A program made the position numbers and the translations under genes. Shown here one piece after another: positions 43,030 to 53,060 of a DNA stretch of 64,000 nucleotides (positions within the stretch are counted from its first letter, which is position 1; the number at the start of each line of letters is the position of its first letter). The stretch spans positions 69,029 to 133,028 of the forward strand of contig CAWHCW010000004.1 in the NCBI GenBank assembly GCA_963827965.1, in the 5' to 3' direction. This DNA comes from an uncultured Chloroflexia bacterium (lineage in GTDB: Bacteria; Chloroflexota; Limnocylindria; Limnocylindrales; CSP1-4). The notes under the pieces were generated by a model. That model searched no databases. It was not told the origin of the DNA and saw only the letters and a program-made list of their open reading frames with translations.

Positions 43030-43492
43030 TCAGCCGGCGTTGCCGATGTCGACCGCGGTAGGCCTCCCAGACCAGGTCGGCGCCGTGCTGGCGGTGCCGC
43101 ACGATCCGGCCCATGAGACGCTGCAGGTCCTCGCGGGCAGCGTCCGCCTCGGCCTCGTCGGCCGGCGGAGCCGCGAGGCTGGCCGAGGCGCCCGCGAGCG
43201 CCGCCGTGATCGCCGGATGCTCCTCGCGGAGGCGGCCCGCCTTCGCCCCCAGCTGCGGGGCGATGTCGCGCATCTCGTCGTAGAGGCCGCCGTCCGCCTC
43301 CGTCTCGGCGACGTGGTCCTCGAAGGCGTGGCCCAGGGCCTCGAGGGCGTCGGCGACCTCGGCCTGCCACGTCACGCGATCGCGGATGGGCGAGGCCAGC
43401 GCGTCCTCGAAGGCGACGAGCGCTTCGCGGAGCTCGCGCCGGCGGCGGGCAGCGGCCTCGAGCGCGTGCGTCGAGTGGGGTTCGCTGGTCAT
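43030..43492 (-). CDS. Hypothetical helical protein (one frameshift near the 3' end as given)
   Basis: [73 protein letters not shown] 1-nt shift then gives VDIGNAG-stop (TGA at 43032-43030), 5 nt before the next gene start. No family recognised. Confidence 0.5.
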
Positions 43493-43559
43493 CGCGGTGG
43501 CCTCCGAGTGACCGTCGGGCGTCCGTCGCCGTGCCCCGCCATGGTAGACCCGTCGGGGC

Positions 43560-43601
43560 GGGTCGCGGTCAGCGGGTCGCGGTCAGCGGGTCGCGGTCAG
43601 C
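43560..43601. repeat. 14-bp tandem repeat x3 (GGGTCGCGGTCAGC)
   Basis: Three perfect head-to-tail copies at 43560, 43574 and 43588, plus a 3-nt partial. They lie in the 131-bp gap upstream of the hypothetical gene that starts at 43492. Confidence 0.92.
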
Positions 43602-43623
43602 GGGCGCAGGGAGGGTCGCCCTG

Positions 43624-44178
43624 TCACGGATCGCGGCGCGGAGCGGCCGCGATCGGGCCGACGACCGTCCGCCAGGCCCGGGTCAGCATGCGGAACTCGG
43701 CCGCGGGGATCCGGCCGGCCGCGGCGATCGCCCCGGCCGTCTCGGCGGCACACTCGACGGCCTCGCGCCGGACCCGCGCCTCGATCGCCGCAGAGGAGAG
43801 CGCCGCGGTTGCCGCGTCACGGGCCGCGTCGGCAGCCGCCCGGGCGACGTCGTCGCGCTGGTTGGCGAAGGCGCGGTCGCGGGCGAGCCGGGCAACCTTG
43901 GGGACCTTGTCCAGGCGGGGGTCCCATTCGAACGCCCGGCGGCGCTCGACGGCGAGGCTCCCGGCTGTCGCGGCGTCGAGAGCGCCCGCGGCGGCGACGA
44001 CGGCGAGAACGGCGGCGCTGTTCGGGCCGAAGTCGCCGGCCGCGCGAAGGGCGGCGGCGTGGCGCCGCCGGCGGCGCAGGTCCCAGCGGTGCAACCCGAA
44101 GAGGGCAACGAACGCCGCCCCGAGCAGGAGGGTCAGCAGGAGGTCCGCGGTGGCGAAGCGGAGCCCGTCGTCGATCAC
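43624..44178 (-). CDS. Hypothetical membrane-anchored protein; start uncertain
   Basis: Track ORF 43624-44442. Protein-like from VIDDGLRFATADLLLTLLLGAAFVALFGL (one TM), then an Ala/Arg-rich helical region. No family recognised. Confidence 0.35.
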   Translation of the reverse strand: MIDDGLRFATADLLLTLLLGAAFVALFGLHRWDLRRRRRHAAALRAAGDFGPNSAAVLAVVAAAGALDAATAGSLAVERRRAFEWDPRLDKVPKVARLARDRAFANQRDDVARAAADAARDAATAALSSAAIEARVRREAVECAAETAGAIAAAGRIPAAEFRMLTRAWRTVVGPIAAAPRRDP

Positions 44179-44485
44179 GCGCGATTGTGACCGACGCGGA
44201 GGAACGATGCCGACGTCGCCCGGGTCCAGCAGCGGAGCCGCTGGAAACCAGGCGTTCCGTGCTCGGAGATCCCGGCCAAGGCGACGTTCGGCTTGATCGC
44301 CGTGCTCATCCCCCGGGAATCCCAGCGGCGGAGCTGCTGGAACAGCCCGTCCCGCATCGCCGCCCGGCCCGCGACCCGCGGCGGGACCTCCGCCGGATCG
44401 CGCGAAACCGATACCAAGGCGCAACCGGGCAGCGGCGATCATTCGCTATCCTTACCGCTGCCTTGCACCACCCCAGGGAGCCCAG

Positions 44486-45649
44486 ATGAAGGTCGGCGTT
44501 CCGAAAGAGACGCTGCCCGGCGAGCGCCGCGTTGCCCTGGTCCCGGATGTCCTTCCGAAGCTGAAGGCCGCCGGGATCGATGTCCTCGTGGAGCGCGGCG
44601 CCGGGGCAGCCGCGTCGTATACCGACGCCATGTACGCGGAGGCGGGCGCGACGCTCGTCTCCGGCGACGAGGCCTGGAGCCAGGCCGATTGCGTCGTCAA
44701 GGTCCAGAAGCCCAGCGGGGCCGAGGTCGGCAAGCTGCGCGCCGGCCAGGCGCTGGTGGGGCTTCTCTCCCCGCTCATCGAGCCGCGCCTGATGGCATCG
44801 CTCGCCGAGCACGGCGTGACCGCCATCAGCCTCGACGCGATCCCGCGCACGCTCTCGCGCGCGCAGACGATGGACGTCCTCTCGTCGCAGGCCAACATCG
44901 CCGGCTACAAGGCCGTCCTCGTCGCCGCCGAGGCGTTCGGGCGCTACTTCCCGCTCCTCACGACCGCGGCCGGAACCGCCAAGCCGGCCAACGTCCTCAT
45001 CCTCGGCATCGGCGTGGCCGGCCTCCAGGCAATCGGCACGGCGCGCCGGCTGGGCGCGGTCGTCTCGGCCTACGACGTGCGGCCGGAGACGGCCGAGCAG
45101 GCCGAGTCGCTGGGCGCCAGGTTCGTGAAGCTCAAGACATCCATCGATGCGACCGGCAGCGGCGGGTACGCCCGCGAGCTCAGCGACGAGGAGCGCGCCG
45201 CCCAGCAGGCCGAGCTGAACGGCGTCATCGGCGGCATGGACGTGGTGATCACCACCGCCCAGGTCCCCGGCCGCAAGCCGCCGGTCCTCGTCACCGCCGA
45301 AGCGGTGCAGGGGATGAAGCCGGGCTCGGTGATCCTGGACATGGCGGCCAGCGCCCTCGGCGGCAACTGCGAGCTCTCGAAGCCCGGCGAGACCATCGTC
45401 TCCGCCAACGGCGTCGCGATCCTCGCCCCGGACAACCTGCCGGCGACCGTGCCGATCAGCGCCAGCCAGTTCTACGCCCGCAACCTCCAGGAGCTCCTCG
45501 TGCATCTCGTGAAGGACGGCGAGCTGGCCCTGGATCCCGCGGACGAGATCACGGCGGGCGTCCTCATCACCCACGGCGGGAAGGTCGTCCAGCCGGCGAC
45601 CGCCAGGCTCCTCGAGCCCGCCCCCACGGCCGGAGGCACCTCCGCATGA
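44486..45649 (+). CDS. pntAA: NAD(P) transhydrogenase subunit alpha part 1 (dI, NAD(H)-binding)
   Basis: Intact 387 aa. Blocks MKVGVPKETLPGERRVALVP, MDVLSSQANIAGYKAV, VLILGIGVAGLQAIGTARRLGA, DVVITTAQVPGRKPP. Confidence 0.95.
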   Translation: MKVGVPKETLPGERRVALVPDVLPKLKAAGIDVLVERGAGAAASYTDAMYAEAGATLVSGDEAWSQADCVVKVQKPSGAEVGKLRAGQALVGLLSPLIEPRLMASLAEHGVTAISLDAIPRTLSRAQTMDVLSSQANIAGYKAVLVAAEAFGRYFPLLTTAAGTAKPANVLILGIGVAGLQAIGTARRLGAVVSAYDVRPETAEQAESLGARFVKLKTSIDATGSGGYARELSDEERAAQQAELNGVIGGMDVVITTAQVPGRKPPVLVTAEAVQGMKPGSVILDMAASALGGNCELSKPGETIVSANGVAILAPDNLPATVPISASQFYARNLQELLVHLVKDGELALDPADEITAGVLITHGGKVVQPATARLLEPAPTAGGTSA

Positions 45650-45954
45650 CCGACCTGCTCTTCCCCCTGACGGTCTTCGTCCTGGCGATCCTCGTCGGGT
45701 TCGAGGTGATCGCCAAGGTCCCCGCCACCCTCCACACGCCGCTCATGTCCGGGGCCAACTCGATCCATGGGATCGTCCTCGTCGGCGGGATGATCATCGC
45801 CGCCGAGGCCAGCGACCCGCTGGGCTACCTCCTCGCCTTCGTGGCCCTCGCCTTCGGCGCCATGAACGTCGTCGGCGGCTACGTCGTCACCGACCGGATG
45901 CTCCAGATGTTCAGGAAGAAGCCCGCGGCCCCCAGGGCCGACGGCAGGTCCTGA
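45646..45954 (+). CDS. pntAB: NAD(P) transhydrogenase subunit alpha part 2 (membrane)
   Basis: ATG at 45646 overlaps the pntAA stop (ATGA). LTVFVLAILVGFEVIAKVPATLHTPLMSGANSIHGIVLVG..NVVGGYVVTDRML. 102 aa, intact. Confidence 0.92.
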   Translation: MTDLLFPLTVFVLAILVGFEVIAKVPATLHTPLMSGANSIHGIVLVGGMIIAAEASDPLGYLLAFVALAFGAMNVVGGYVVTDRMLQMFRKKPAAPRADGRS

Positions 45955-45965
45955 CGGGGACCGCG

Positions 45966-47402
45966 GTGGACATCGGGACGCTCGTCTACATCGCCCAGAT
46001 CGGCGGCGCCGTCTGCTTCGTGCTGGGCCTCCATCGCATGAACTCGCCGGCGACCGCGCGCAACGGGAACCTCCTGTCCGCCGGCGGCATGGTGGTCGCC
46101 GTCCTGGCCACGCTGGTCAGCCTGGTGACCCGCGACGGGGGGATGGATGCCGTCGCCTGGGTCATCATCGTCGTCGGCTTCGCCGTCGGCGGCGGTCTCG
46201 GGCTCTACACGGCCCGCACCGTCCAGATGACGGAGATGCCGCAGCTCGTCTCGCTCTTCAACGCGGTCGGCGGCGGCGCGGCCGCCCTCGTCGCGATCGA
46301 GGACTTCCTCAAGCTCAGCGGCGCGGCCGGGGCGCCGGTCTCCACGACCGTCTTCGTTGTCCTCGACGTCATCATCGGGGCGGTGACCTTCACCGGTTCG
46401 CTCATCGCCTCGGGCAAGCTGATGGGCCTCATCCGCGGCAAGCCGATCATCTTCCCGGGCAGCCGGATCCTGACCGTCGTCCTCGCGGTCGTGACGGTGG
46501 CGGGCACGGCCCTCCTGGTCCTGGGTGCCGCGGGGACGGTCACCCTCGACGGCACGGTCTCCGTCGTCGTCCTCGGGGTGATCCTGGCCGCGGCGCTCGT
46601 CTTCGGCGTCACGATGGTCCTGCCGATCGGCGGGGCCGACATGCCGGTCGTCATCTCGCTCCTCAACGCCTTCACCGGGACGGCCGTGGCCATGGCTGGC
46701 TTCGTCCTGGACAACCCGGTGCTGATCATCTCGGGCGCCCTCGTCGGTGCGTCGGGCGGCATCCTGACCAAGCTCATGGCCGACGCCATGAACCGCTCGA
46801 TCCTGAACATCATGATCGGCGGCTTCGGCGGCGGCGAGGGAACGACCGCGGCGGGCCCCGGCGGCCCGGGCGGCTCCGTCCGCTCCATCGGCGCGGATGA
46901 CGTGGCGATCCAGCTGGTCTATGCCAGCAACGTCATCGTGGTGCCGGGCTACGGCCTCGCCGTGGCCCAGGCCCAGCACGCGGTCCGCGAGCTGGCCGAG
47001 CTGCTCGAGGAGCGGGGCGTCTCGGTCACCTACGCCATCCATCCCGTGGCCGGCCGGATGCCGGGGCACATGAACGTCCTCCTCGCGGAGGCGAACGTGC
47101 CCTACCCGCTGCTCAAGGAGATGGACGAGATCAACCCCGAGTTCGACCGCTGCGACGTGGCCCTGGTCATCGGGGCCAACGACGTGACGAACCCGGCCGC
47201 GCGCCGGCCGGGCAACCCGGTCTCCGGGATGCCGATCCTCAACGTCGACCACGCCAAGTCGATCATCGTCATCAAGCGCTCGATGGGCCGCGGCTACGCC
47301 GGCATCGACAACGAGCTGTACGTCAATCCCAAGACGGCGATGCTCTTCGCCGACGCGAAGGCGGGCCTCGCGGACCTCGTGGCCGCGGTCAAGGCGCTCT
47401 AG
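45966..47402 (+). CDS. pntB: NAD(P) transhydrogenase subunit beta
   Basis: Intact 478 aa. Blocks MPQLVSLFNAVGGGAAALVA, GADMPVVISLLNAFTG, VVPGYGLAVAQAQH, YAIHPVAGRMPGHMNVLLAEANVPY, ALVIGANDVTNPAA. Confidence 0.95.
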   Translation: MDIGTLVYIAQIGGAVCFVLGLHRMNSPATARNGNLLSAGGMVVAVLATLVSLVTRDGGMDAVAWVIIVVGFAVGGGLGLYTARTVQMTEMPQLVSLFNAVGGGAAALVAIEDFLKLSGAAGAPVSTTVFVVLDVIIGAVTFTGSLIASGKLMGLIRGKPIIFPGSRILTVVLAVVTVAGTALLVLGAAGTVTLDGTVSVVVLGVILAAALVFGVTMVLPIGGADMPVVISLLNAFTGTAVAMAGFVLDNPVLIISGALVGASGGILTKLMADAMNRSILNIMIGGFGGGEGTTAAGPGGPGGSVRSIGADDVAIQLVYASNVIVVPGYGLAVAQAQHAVRELAELLEERGVSVTYAIHPVAGRMPGHMNVLLAEANVPYPLLKEMDEINPEFDRCDVALVIGANDVTNPAARRPGNPVSGMPILNVDHAKSIIVIKRSMGRGYAGIDNELYVNPKTAMLFADAKAGLADLVAAVKAL

Positions 47403-47582
47403 CCGCAGGAGCCCGGCCTGGTCTGGTGCGACGTGGCGGCGACGCGCCTCTTCCCGTGGCGGCGGGCGGCGACACTTCGGGCGGTGCCGTGACCGCGGGC
47501 CGAGCCGGGACGGATGCCCCGACGTCGGGGGGTCGCACGGGACTCGCCAGCCGGCCGGCGCCTCGGGAGGGTGCGGCCGCGC

Positions 47583-49545
47583 TCAGGTGGGCGCGGCGGC
47601 CTCGATGCCCAGGAGGCGCAGGAACGTCGCGGGCGACGGCTCGCGGCCGAGGAAGGCCCGGAGCAGGTCCATCCCGTCGCGCGTCCCGTTCGGCTCGAGG
47701 ATCTCACGCCGATACGCCGCGCCGACCAGCGGCGAGGTGACCCCTTCGGCCTCGAAGCGGCCGAACATGTCGTCGCCGTGGACCTTCGACCAGAGGTAGC
47801 CGTAGTAGCCCGCGTCGTAGCCGCCCATCAGGTGCCCGAACTGGCAGGGGTAGAGGGTCCCCTCGTGGTAGGGCAGCCCCCAGGCGGCGAAGGCGGACCG
47901 ATCGACCGCCGCGATGTCGCGCGTCTCCTCGGGCCCGTGCAGGCCGAGGTCCATGAGACCGAGGTAGCACTGGCGCAGGGTCGTCAGGCCGACGTCCAGG
48001 TCGCGGCTGGCCACGAGGCGCTCGACGAGCTCCCGCCCGATCGGCGCGCCCGTGGCGTGGTGACGGGCGAAGCGGGCGAGGACGTCCGGCTGCCAGGCCC
48101 AGTGCTCCAGGATCTGGCTCGGTGCCTCGACGAAGTCCCACTCGGTGCTGGCCCCGGAGAAGCGGGCCAGCTCGGCCCGGGTCAACGTCATGTGGAGGAC
48201 GTGCCCGAACTCGTGGAAGAGGGTGACGACGTCCGCGTGACGAAGCAGCGCCGGCGCGTCGTCCGTCGGCCGGGGCAGGTTCGCCACGATCGCCGTCAGG
48301 GGCCGCTGGTAGGTGCCGTCGGACAGGCGCCGGCCGGGGATCAGCGGCCACGCTGCCGCGTGGCCGAACTTCCCGTCCCGCGGGTGGAGGTCCAGGAGGA
48401 CGTCGCCGATCTCCGCCCCGCTCGCCGCGTCGCGAACCCGGAAGCGGTGGACGTCGGCGTGCCAGGCGGCGGCGTCCGCGACCCGCTCGAAGCGGAGGCC
48501 GAGCACCTCGGCGCAGAGGCCGAGGAGGCCATCGAGGACCGCCCCGAGGGGCAGGTACTCCCGCAGCTCATCGGGGTCGATGGCGAAGTCGCGCCGGCGG
48601 AGGCGCGTGTCGCAGTAGCGCCAGTCCCAGGTCCGCAGGGGCGGCTCCTCGCCGTCCTCGCGGAGGATCTCCTCCAGGCGAGCGACCTCGAGCGCCATCC
48701 GGCCCTGGAGGCCGGGAACCAGCCCGTCGTAGAAGCGGCGGACGACATCCGGGTCGCCCGCCATCTTGACCTCGATCGCGAAGTGAGCCCAGGACGGGTA
48801 GCCCAGGAGGGCGGCGATCCGCCGCCGGACCGCCAGGGCCTCGGCGAGGAGCGGCTCATTCTCCGCGCGGGCCTGGTTGAACTCGCGGCGCTCCAGCTCG
48901 CGGCGCAGGTCGCGACGCCGGGCCTGCTGGAGGAAGGGGTGCAGGTCGGGACGGTCCAGGGTGACCCGGTACGTGCCGGGCGCCGCGCCGGGCCGGAGGC
49001 CGGCCACGAAGTCGTCGGGGAGCCCTTCGAGCTCGTCGCGGGTCAGGTCCAGCCCGTCGTCGGACTCGTCGATGTTCCGCTGGAACGCGGATTGGAGGTC
49101 CACCAGGCGGCGCTCGAGCGCGCGAAGCTCCTCGCCGGGTCGCGGCTTCGAGCCCGTGCCCGGCCCGGCGCAGGTCGCGCAGCAGCCGGTCCAGGAGCCG
49201 CCGCGGCTCCCCGGAGAGTGCCGCGGCGGCCCCGCCCGCGGCGAAGGCGTGGACGGTCGCGGCGAGGTCCTCCCGGTAGGGGAGGTCGACCCGCCAGCGG
49301 TCCAGCCGCTCCTCCGCCTCCTGGCCCGCGTCGCGGACCGCCCGGTCGACGTGGACGCGGGCCATGAAGGCCCCGGCTGCATAGCCGGCGGAGAGGCGCG
49401 CGTCGGCCTCGTCGAGCGGGAGGAGGACGGTCTCGAACGAGCCCGCTCCGCCCGTCGCGATCGCGGCGGCGACGAGCGCGTCGGCGTCGGCGAGGGCGGC
49501 GTCCGTGAAGGCGCGGACCTCGTCCGGCGTGGTGGCGAAGTGCAT
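47583..49545 (-). CDS. M3-family zinc metallopeptidase (oligopeptidase A / Dcp / thimet-like) (one frameshift as given)
   Basis: ATG at 49545 (MHFATTPDEV). HEFGH zinc motif in TLFHEFGHVLH, EAPSQILEHWAW, GYDAGYYGYLWS. Frame hop near 49140. Stop at 47583. Confidence 0.9.
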
Positions 49546-49646
49546 GGATGGGCCTCCGCGACTCGGCTCGCTTCCCGGCGGCGGCGAGCGCGCCAGCCGC
49601 CAGTCTGCCACGGGGAGGCGGTCCGAGGCTGTCGGCTCGGCGACAC

Positions 49647-49760
49647 GCGGCGGGCACGGCCGACATGGCGGCGGGTGCGACGTGGCCGGCCGACCTGGCG
49701 GCGGGCACGGCCGAGACTGGCGGGCACGACCGAGATTGGCGCGGGTGCGACGTGGCCGGC
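49647..49760. repeat. Degenerate tandem array (about five units of 19-30 bp, core GGCGGGCACGGCCGA / GGGTGCGACGTGGCCGGC)
   Basis: Units: gcggcgggcacggccgacatgg / cggcgggtgcgacgtggccggccgacctgg / cggcgggcacggccgagactgg / cgggcacgaccgagattgg / cgcgggtgcgacgtggccggc. The 13-mer ggtgcgacgtggc occurs at 49674 and 49744, and again at 47425 on the other side of the peptidase gene. Confidence 0.8.
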
Positions 49761-49840
49761 TGCCTCTCGGCCGACGGTCAGTCCGTCGCCGCGAGCGCGC
49801 AGATCCGCGCCATGGCGGCCTCGCTGGCCGGCTAGGATCT

Positions 49841-49866
49841 CATCCAGCCGTCTAGACGTCTGGATG
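49841..49866. promoter_or_regulatory. 26-bp near-perfect palindrome CATCCAGcCGTCTAGACGtCTGGATG upstream of the sugar locus; dre-like (GTCTAGAC core) candidate GntR/HutC operator
   Basis: 12 of 13 symmetric pairs match. It ends 30 nt before the ATG at 49896. The core GTCTAGAC equals the centre of the DasR/NagR-type dre consensus. A GntR/HutC regulator is encoded at 58855-59611. Confidence 0.55.
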
Positions 49867-49895
49867 ATCATCAGCGGATGCCCGAGGAACCCGGC

Positions 49896-51056
49896 ATGAG
49901 ACGCATCAGCGACATCGGCGCCGCCGTGATCGGCAGCGGCTTCATCGGCACCGTCCACATCGAGGCCCTGCGCCGCCTCGGCGTCCGGGTCCACGGGCTG
50001 CTGGAGGTCTCCCCGGAGCACGGGGCGAAGCGGGCGGCCGACCTCGGCCTCCCGGGCGCCTATGCCGACATGGACGAGATGCTGGCCGACGACCGCGTGG
50101 AGGTGGTCCACGTCACCTCGCCGAACGCGCTCCACTTCCCCCAGGTGCAGCGGATCGTGGCGGCCGGGAAGCACGTCGTCTGCGAGAAGCCGCTGGCCAC
50201 CACGTCGGCGGAGTCCGCGGAGCTGGTCCGCCTGGCCCGCGACGCCGGCGTCGTCAACGCGGTCAACTTCAACATCCGCTTCTACCCGCTGAACCAGCAC
50301 CTGGCGCGGCTCGTCGCCGACGGCGGCCTGGGCGAGGTTCGCCTGGTCACCGGCCACTACTTCCAGGACTGGCTCCTGCTCGACACGGACTGGAACTGGC
50401 GGCTGGACCCCGCGGAGGGCGGCTCGCTGCGGGCCGTCGGCGACATCGGCTCGCACTGGCTCGACCTGGCGGGCTACGTCGGCGGGCTCCGGATCGAGAG
50501 CGTGATGGCCGACCTGGCCACCTTCGTGAAGGTCCGCCACCAGCCGGCCGGCCCCGTGGAGACCTTCTCGACGGAACGGGCCGCCAGCACGATCGCCCGC
50601 GAGATGGTCACCGACGACGCGGCCACGATCCTCCTGCGCTTCGCCAACGGGGCGCGCGGCGCGGTCGCCATCTCGCAGATCAGCGCCGGCCGGAAGAACT
50701 CGCTCCAGTACGAGATCGACGGGTCCACCGGGGCCGCGGCCTGGGACTCCGAGCGTCCGGACGAGCTGTGGCTGGGCCGCCGCGAGCGCCCGAACGAGCT
50801 GCTGATCCGCAACCCCGCCCTCATGAACGCGGCGGGCACGGCCGCGGCCAGCCTGCCCGGCGGCCACGTGGAGGGCTTCGCCGACACCTTCAAGGCCATC
50901 TACCGGGCCGTGTACGCCGACGTCGCCGCGGGCGGCCCGGCCGAGCACCCCGCCTATCCGACCTTCGCCGACGGCCACGACGAGATGCTCGTCAACGACG
51001 CGATCGCCGCCAGCGCCCGGGAGGGACGCTGGGTCGCGGTGGACCGCGGCGCATGA
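49896..51056 (+). CDS. Gfo/Idh/MocA-family NAD(P)-dependent oxidoreductase
   Basis: Intact. Rossmann N-terminus IGAAVIGSGFIGTVHIEAL, VVHVTSPNALHFPQ, GKHVVCEKPLA. The C-terminal alpha/beta domain is typical of the family. An alternative start at 49878 is in frame. Confidence 0.9.
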   Translation: MRRISDIGAAVIGSGFIGTVHIEALRRLGVRVHGLLEVSPEHGAKRAADLGLPGAYADMDEMLADDRVEVVHVTSPNALHFPQVQRIVAAGKHVVCEKPLATTSAESAELVRLARDAGVVNAVNFNIRFYPLNQHLARLVADGGLGEVRLVTGHYFQDWLLLDTDWNWRLDPAEGGSLRAVGDIGSHWLDLAGYVGGLRIESVMADLATFVKVRHQPAGPVETFSTERAASTIAREMVTDDAATILLRFANGARGAVAISQISAGRKNSLQYEIDGSTGAAAWDSERPDELWLGRRERPNELLIRNPALMNAAGTAAASLPGGHVEGFADTFKAIYRAVYADVAAGGPAEHPAYPTFADGHDEMLVNDAIAASAREGRWVAVDRGA

Positions 51057-51084
51057 ACCCATCCCCCACCCAGGGAGCATCGCG

Positions 51085-52000
51085 ATGAGGCTCGGATTCC
51101 TGACCGCCCCCTTCCCCGAGACGCCGCTCATGGAGGTCGCCGACTGGGCGGCCGCGACCGGCTTCGAGGTCCTGGAGATCGCCTGCTGGCCGCGGGCGTC
51201 GGGTCCGACCCGCCGCTACGCCGGCACCAGCCATATCGACGTCGCCACCCTGACCGAGAGCCAGGGTCGCGAGATCGTCGACGAGCTCGCCGCGAAGGGC
51301 CTCTCGATCTCCGGGCCTCGGCTTCTACCCGAATCCGCTGCACCCGGACCCGGCCCATCGCGCCCAGGTCATCGGCCACCTGAAGGCCGTGATGGTCGCT
51401 GCCCGGAAGATGGGGATCCCGCTCGTCAACACCTTCATGGGCGGCGACGCAGCAAAGAACCCCGACGAGAACTGGGATGAGGCCCTGGGAGTCTGGCCCG
51501 ACATCGTCCGCTTCGCGCAGGACCAGGGCGTGAAGATCACCCTCGAGAACTGCCCGATGCTCTTCAGCTACGACGAGTGGCCCGGCGGGCACAACATCGC
51601 CACGAGCCCGCGGATCTGGCGGCGGATCCTGGAGCACTGGGAGGGCACGATCGGCCTCAACTTCGACCCGTCGCACCTGGTCCTCCAGATGATCGACATG
51701 GGCCGCTTCATCAAGGAGTTCGGGCCGCACGTCCTCCACTTCCAGGCCAAGGACCTCATGATCGATCGTGACGGCCTCTACGAGCGCGGCATCTTCTCGG
51801 TCGGCATGGGCTGGCAGATCCCGCGCATCCCCGGCCTCGGCGACGTGGACTGGGGGCTCGTCTTCTCGGCCCTCTACCGGGCCGGCTACGAGGGCGACTG
51901 CATCATCGAGCACGAGGACCGCCGCTTCGAGGGGACCGACGAGAAGGTCAAGCAGGGCTTCCTCATCGCCCGCGACGTCCTCCGGCCGTACTGCAAGTGA
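51085..52000 (+). CDS. Sugar phosphate isomerase/epimerase (xylose-isomerase-like TIM barrel) (one frameshift as given)
   Basis: [35 protein letters not shown], then (track ORF 51389-52000) [33 protein letters not shown]. Frame hop near 51318. Confidence 0.85.
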
Positions 52001-52795
52001 GGGCCGACGTGACCTCCCGCCCCCTGGCGCCGGACGAGCTGACGCCCGCCGCCCTCGCAGCCTTCTTCGAACGCCTGACCGAGCGCGACATCGCCAAGAC
52101 GATCGACCACTCCCTCCTCCGGCCGGAGCTCGACGACGCCTTCGTCGAGGACGGCTGCCGCCTGGCGGCCGAGTACGACGTCGCCTCGGTCTGCGTCCGC
52201 CCGGCCGACGTGGCCCGGGCGAAGGCGCTCCTGGCCGGCACGGACGTCGCCGTGGGGACGACGATCGGCTTCCCCCACGGCAACCACACGACGGAAACCA
52301 AGGTCTGCGAGGCCCGCCGGGCGCTCGCCGACGGCGCCACCGAGCTGGACATGGTCCTCCAGATCGGGGCCCTCAGGTCGGGTCGCGACGCGGACGTGCA
52401 GGCCGACATCGCGGCGATCGTCGAGGTCGGCCACGCGCGGCGGCGCCATCGTCAAGGTGATCTTCGAGAACGCCTACCTCAGCGACGACGAGAAGGTCCG
52501 CGCCTGCCGCCTCAGCGAGGCGGCCGGCGCCGACTTCGTCAAGACGTCCACCGGCTTCGCGCCGGGCGGCGCGACCCACGCGGACCTGGCGCTGATGCGG
52601 GCGAACACGTCGCCGCACGTCCAGGTGAAGGCGGCCGGCGGCGTCCGGACGCTCGACGCCCTGGTCGCCGTCATGGCCCTGGGCGTCACCCGCTGCGGGG
52701 CCACGGCCACGAAGACGATCATCGACGACTTCCGGGCCCGCAAGGCCGGCGCGGGGCGGGTGCCGTCCGCGGCCGGCGACGGAGGTGCCGGGTGA
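51997..52795 (+). CDS. deoC: Deoxyribose-phosphate aldolase family protein (one frameshift as given)
   Basis: GTG at 51997 overlaps the upstream stop (GTGA). [38 protein letters not shown], then [19 protein letters not shown] (Schiff-base Lys), [11 protein letters not shown]. Frame hop near 52440. Confidence 0.88.
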
Positions 52796-52806
52796 TACGG
52801 CCCGTC

Positions 52807-52823
52807 CTCGACGCGGCGTCGAG
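52807..52823 (+). terminator. Short GC-rich hairpin after deoC (CTCGACGC-g-GCGTCGAG)
   Basis: Perfect 8-nt arms starting 12 nt after the deoC stop. The effective stem is 6-7 bp once a loop is allowed. A 265-bp gap to the next gene follows. Confidence 0.35.
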
Positions 52824-53060
52824 CTGCTGGAGGAGCGGGCGGCGATGTCACCGTGATCACGTGCGCCTCGGTCGTGGGCCCGGAACGGACAAAGGCCCTG
52901 TCTGACGGGGCCTGCAGGGAGCATGCGCGGCGCGTCGCCCGCGCGATCGACCAGCAAGGAGGTGCGTGACAAAGCTCGACGGGCGATGCATTGTCGCAAC
53001 GCAGCATGGGTCTCCCGTCGCCCAACTGGGGGGCGCGACCCACACGGAGGAGTGTTGTTC

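Noticed and set aside
47403-49790. Mobile element or MITE carrying the M3 peptidase
   Set aside because: The shared 13-mers are in direct orientation. No terminal inverted repeats, target-site duplication, transposase or integrase are visible. A near-copy also occurs inside pntB.
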